Part shown: positions 9,159 to 10,460 of the stretch, one piece after another
How positions within the stretch are numbered: position 1 is the stretch's first letter
Layout of the letters: each line of letters starts with the position of its first letter
NCBI GenBank assembly: GCA_054661495.1
Contig: BAAFSQ010000325.1
Location: 1-10,460, forward strand
Reading direction: 5' to 3'
Source: Zygophlyctis sp. KS116
Lineage: Eukaryota > Fungi > Chytridiomycota
DNA: 10,460 bases
Made by a program: the position numbers and the translations under genes
The notes under the pieces: generated by a model
The model's database searches: none
What the model was told of the DNA's origin: nothing
The model's input: the letters and a program-made list of their open reading frames with translations, nothing else

Positions 9159-10094
9159 TTAAACCAAGAAGAGTCCGAATGCAATTCCGACTAGTGCAGA
9201 TAACTCAATCACAGATGATCCAGATGTAGAAATATCTAATTCATCATCATATGTATCTAATCCTGGTGTATATGATGGTTCGGATGAATCAAAATCTTCA
9301 TCAACAGCTTCAGGTGAATTAGAGTCATTGTGATCCGTATCATAATCATCAGATTCAGGGTCTTTATGGTCGTCTGTACCATTATAAGTGTCTAAATTAT
9401 CCGTTTCAGTTTCTGTTGGCTCCTTGCTTTCGGCATAATCATATTGGCCATCAGTGTGAGTATCTACCTCACCTTCAGGATAAGTATTGAAAGAAGCCAG
9501 TGGATGATTTCCGTATGCAGATGGAGGGAGAACGGGTGGTGGTCCGATAGGAGGAGCAGGATTTCCGTAGCCAGGATTACCCATTGGTGGATATGCAAGT
9601 GCAGGATCAGCAAAAGGAGGAACAAAAGGAGGAACAAAAGCAGGAGCTGGTGGAGGTATTGGCAGAGGATTTCCATATCCAGATCCTGGACCAAATGGCG
9701 GAGCAAGTAGGCCTGCAGGATTTCCATAGCTAGACGATCCAGGATATGAATTAGTAGCCGCAATGTAATAATTACCATTTGGTGCCTGGATATGTTCGCC
9801 ATCAATAGATTCGTCAATAACATCTGTATCATAATCAAAGGCGGCTTCTTCAGTTGAAGCTGCGTCAGTTGCTGTTGTTGTTGTTGTTGTTGTTGTTGTA
9901 ATACTTGAAGCAGTGGTAGGACCTGAAGATGCGGCAGAACTTGAATTGGTGGCAGAAGTAGAAGATGCTGTAGTTGATACCGAAGACGCTGCTTGTCTTC
10001 GATAAAGCGCTTCGTGATTACTTGGAGCTCTAGCTGCAACAATTGATGAAGCAGCAAAGGCGATTGTCATCATTCTTATGATCTTGGAATCCAT
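9159..10094 (-). CDS. Secreted, probably GPI-anchored low-complexity cell-surface protein, 311 aa, family not recognised
   Basis: Hydrophobic N-terminus (MMTIAFAASSIVAA), dibasic Kex2-like site LYRR|Q, Ser/Thr-rich stretch, Pro/Gly/Tyr-rich core, Asp/Glu-rich region, then small residues (STSGSS) followed by a terminal hydrophobic tail (LSALVGIAFGLFLV). Confidence 0.8.
   Translation of the reverse strand: MDSKIIRMMTIAFAASSIVAARAPSNHEALYRRQAASSVSTTASSTSATNSSSAASSGPTTASSITTTTTTTTTATDAASTEEAAFDYDTDVIDESIDGEHIQAPNGNYYIAATNSYPGSSSYGNPAGLLAPPFGPGSGYGNPLPIPPPAPAFVPPFVPPFADPALAYPPMGNPGYGNPAPPIGPPPVLPPSAYGNHPLASFNTYPEGEVDTHTDGQYDYAESKEPTETETDNLDTYNGTDDHKDPESDDYDTDHNDSNSPEAVDEDFDSSEPSYTPGLDTYDDELDISTSGSSVIELSALVGIAFGLFLV
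9873..9899 (-). repeat. (ACA)9 microsatellite encoding poly-Thr in the surface protein
   Basis: Read directly from the sequence; (TGT)9 on the plus strand. Confidence 0.9.
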
Positions 10095-10131
10095 TTTTCT
10101 AATTTTTAAAACTAACTGAAACAGACGGTTG

Positions 10132-10147
10132 CCGCTATTTATAGCGG
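10132..10147 (-). promoter_or_regulatory. Putative TATA box (TATAAATA, 10143-10136) inside a 7-bp inverted repeat
   Basis: CCGCTAT-TT-ATAGCGG; lies about 40 nt upstream of the ATG at 10094. Confidence 0.5.
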
Positions 10148-10383
10148 TGAAAAAATGAAACGTTTACAACGGCAATCAATTGAAACGATACTAGAGCGGC
10201 AATAGTTTGAAACCTCGGAACAAAGGATTTGAAGTAATTCATATTTATTCAGATGCTGTTTGTAAACAAAAAGTCGTGTTAATATCAAGATTTGAACCGA
10301 AGATTCAGGCCTCAAACTTGCTCAAGTAGCCATTAATAACGCTTACCATTTTCATTAATATTTATTCTTATAACATGAAATAA

Positions 10384-10458
10384 TCATTGAGGTGGCAATT
10401 CGTAGGGAAATCCGTCTTTTCCAGTTAAGAAATAAGTCCGCATCTTCCCTTTTCCCTG
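10384..10458 (-). CDS. 3' end (partial) of a class III adenylyl/guanylyl cyclase
   Basis: Not in the ORF track. The minus frame reads (Q)GKGKMRTYFLTGKDGFPYELPPQ*, matching the class III cyclase C-terminal KGKGxMxTY(W/F)L motif. AATAAA lies 17 nt after the stop (10361-10366, minus strand). The CAG may be a splice acceptor rather than a Gln codon. Confidence 0.75.
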   Translation of the reverse strand, partial: QGKGKMRTYFLTGKDGFPYELPPQ

Positions 10459-10460
10459 AC

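Noticed and set aside
9444-10057. Track ORFs 9444-9710 (+) and 9464-10057 (-, poly-Q/L-rich)
   Set aside because: Off-frame by-products of the low-complexity surface-protein gene; the poly-Q is the poly-Thr microsatellite read in another frame.

Overview
AT-rich, very compact eukaryotic DNA using the standard genetic code. The gene content looks fungal, most plausibly an early-diverging (chytrid-like) lineage, though that assignment is inference. The fragmented ORF track is explained by 17 tiny GT-AG introns of 24-32 nt. Splicing them by hand gives seven complete genes: SEC16 (+), a cytochrome b5-acyl-CoA dehydrogenase fusion ending in SKL (+), an EVE/THYN1-like protein (-), a dual-specificity phosphatase (+), PEX11 (+), WDR5/SWD3 (-) and a probable GPI-anchored surface protein (-). 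The last codons of a class III adenylyl/guanylyl cyclase (-) enter at the right edge. I see no clear multi-gene novel system, and the protein families are mostly housekeeping. The unusual signals are architectural: both convergent gene pairs overlap in exact codon register; a ~45-bp element is duplicated on either side of the phosphatase gene; an intron-shaped cassette contains the SEC16 poly(A) signal; and four TGAAAC sites cluster upstream of the surface-protein gene. All family calls come from motif recognition, not database searches.
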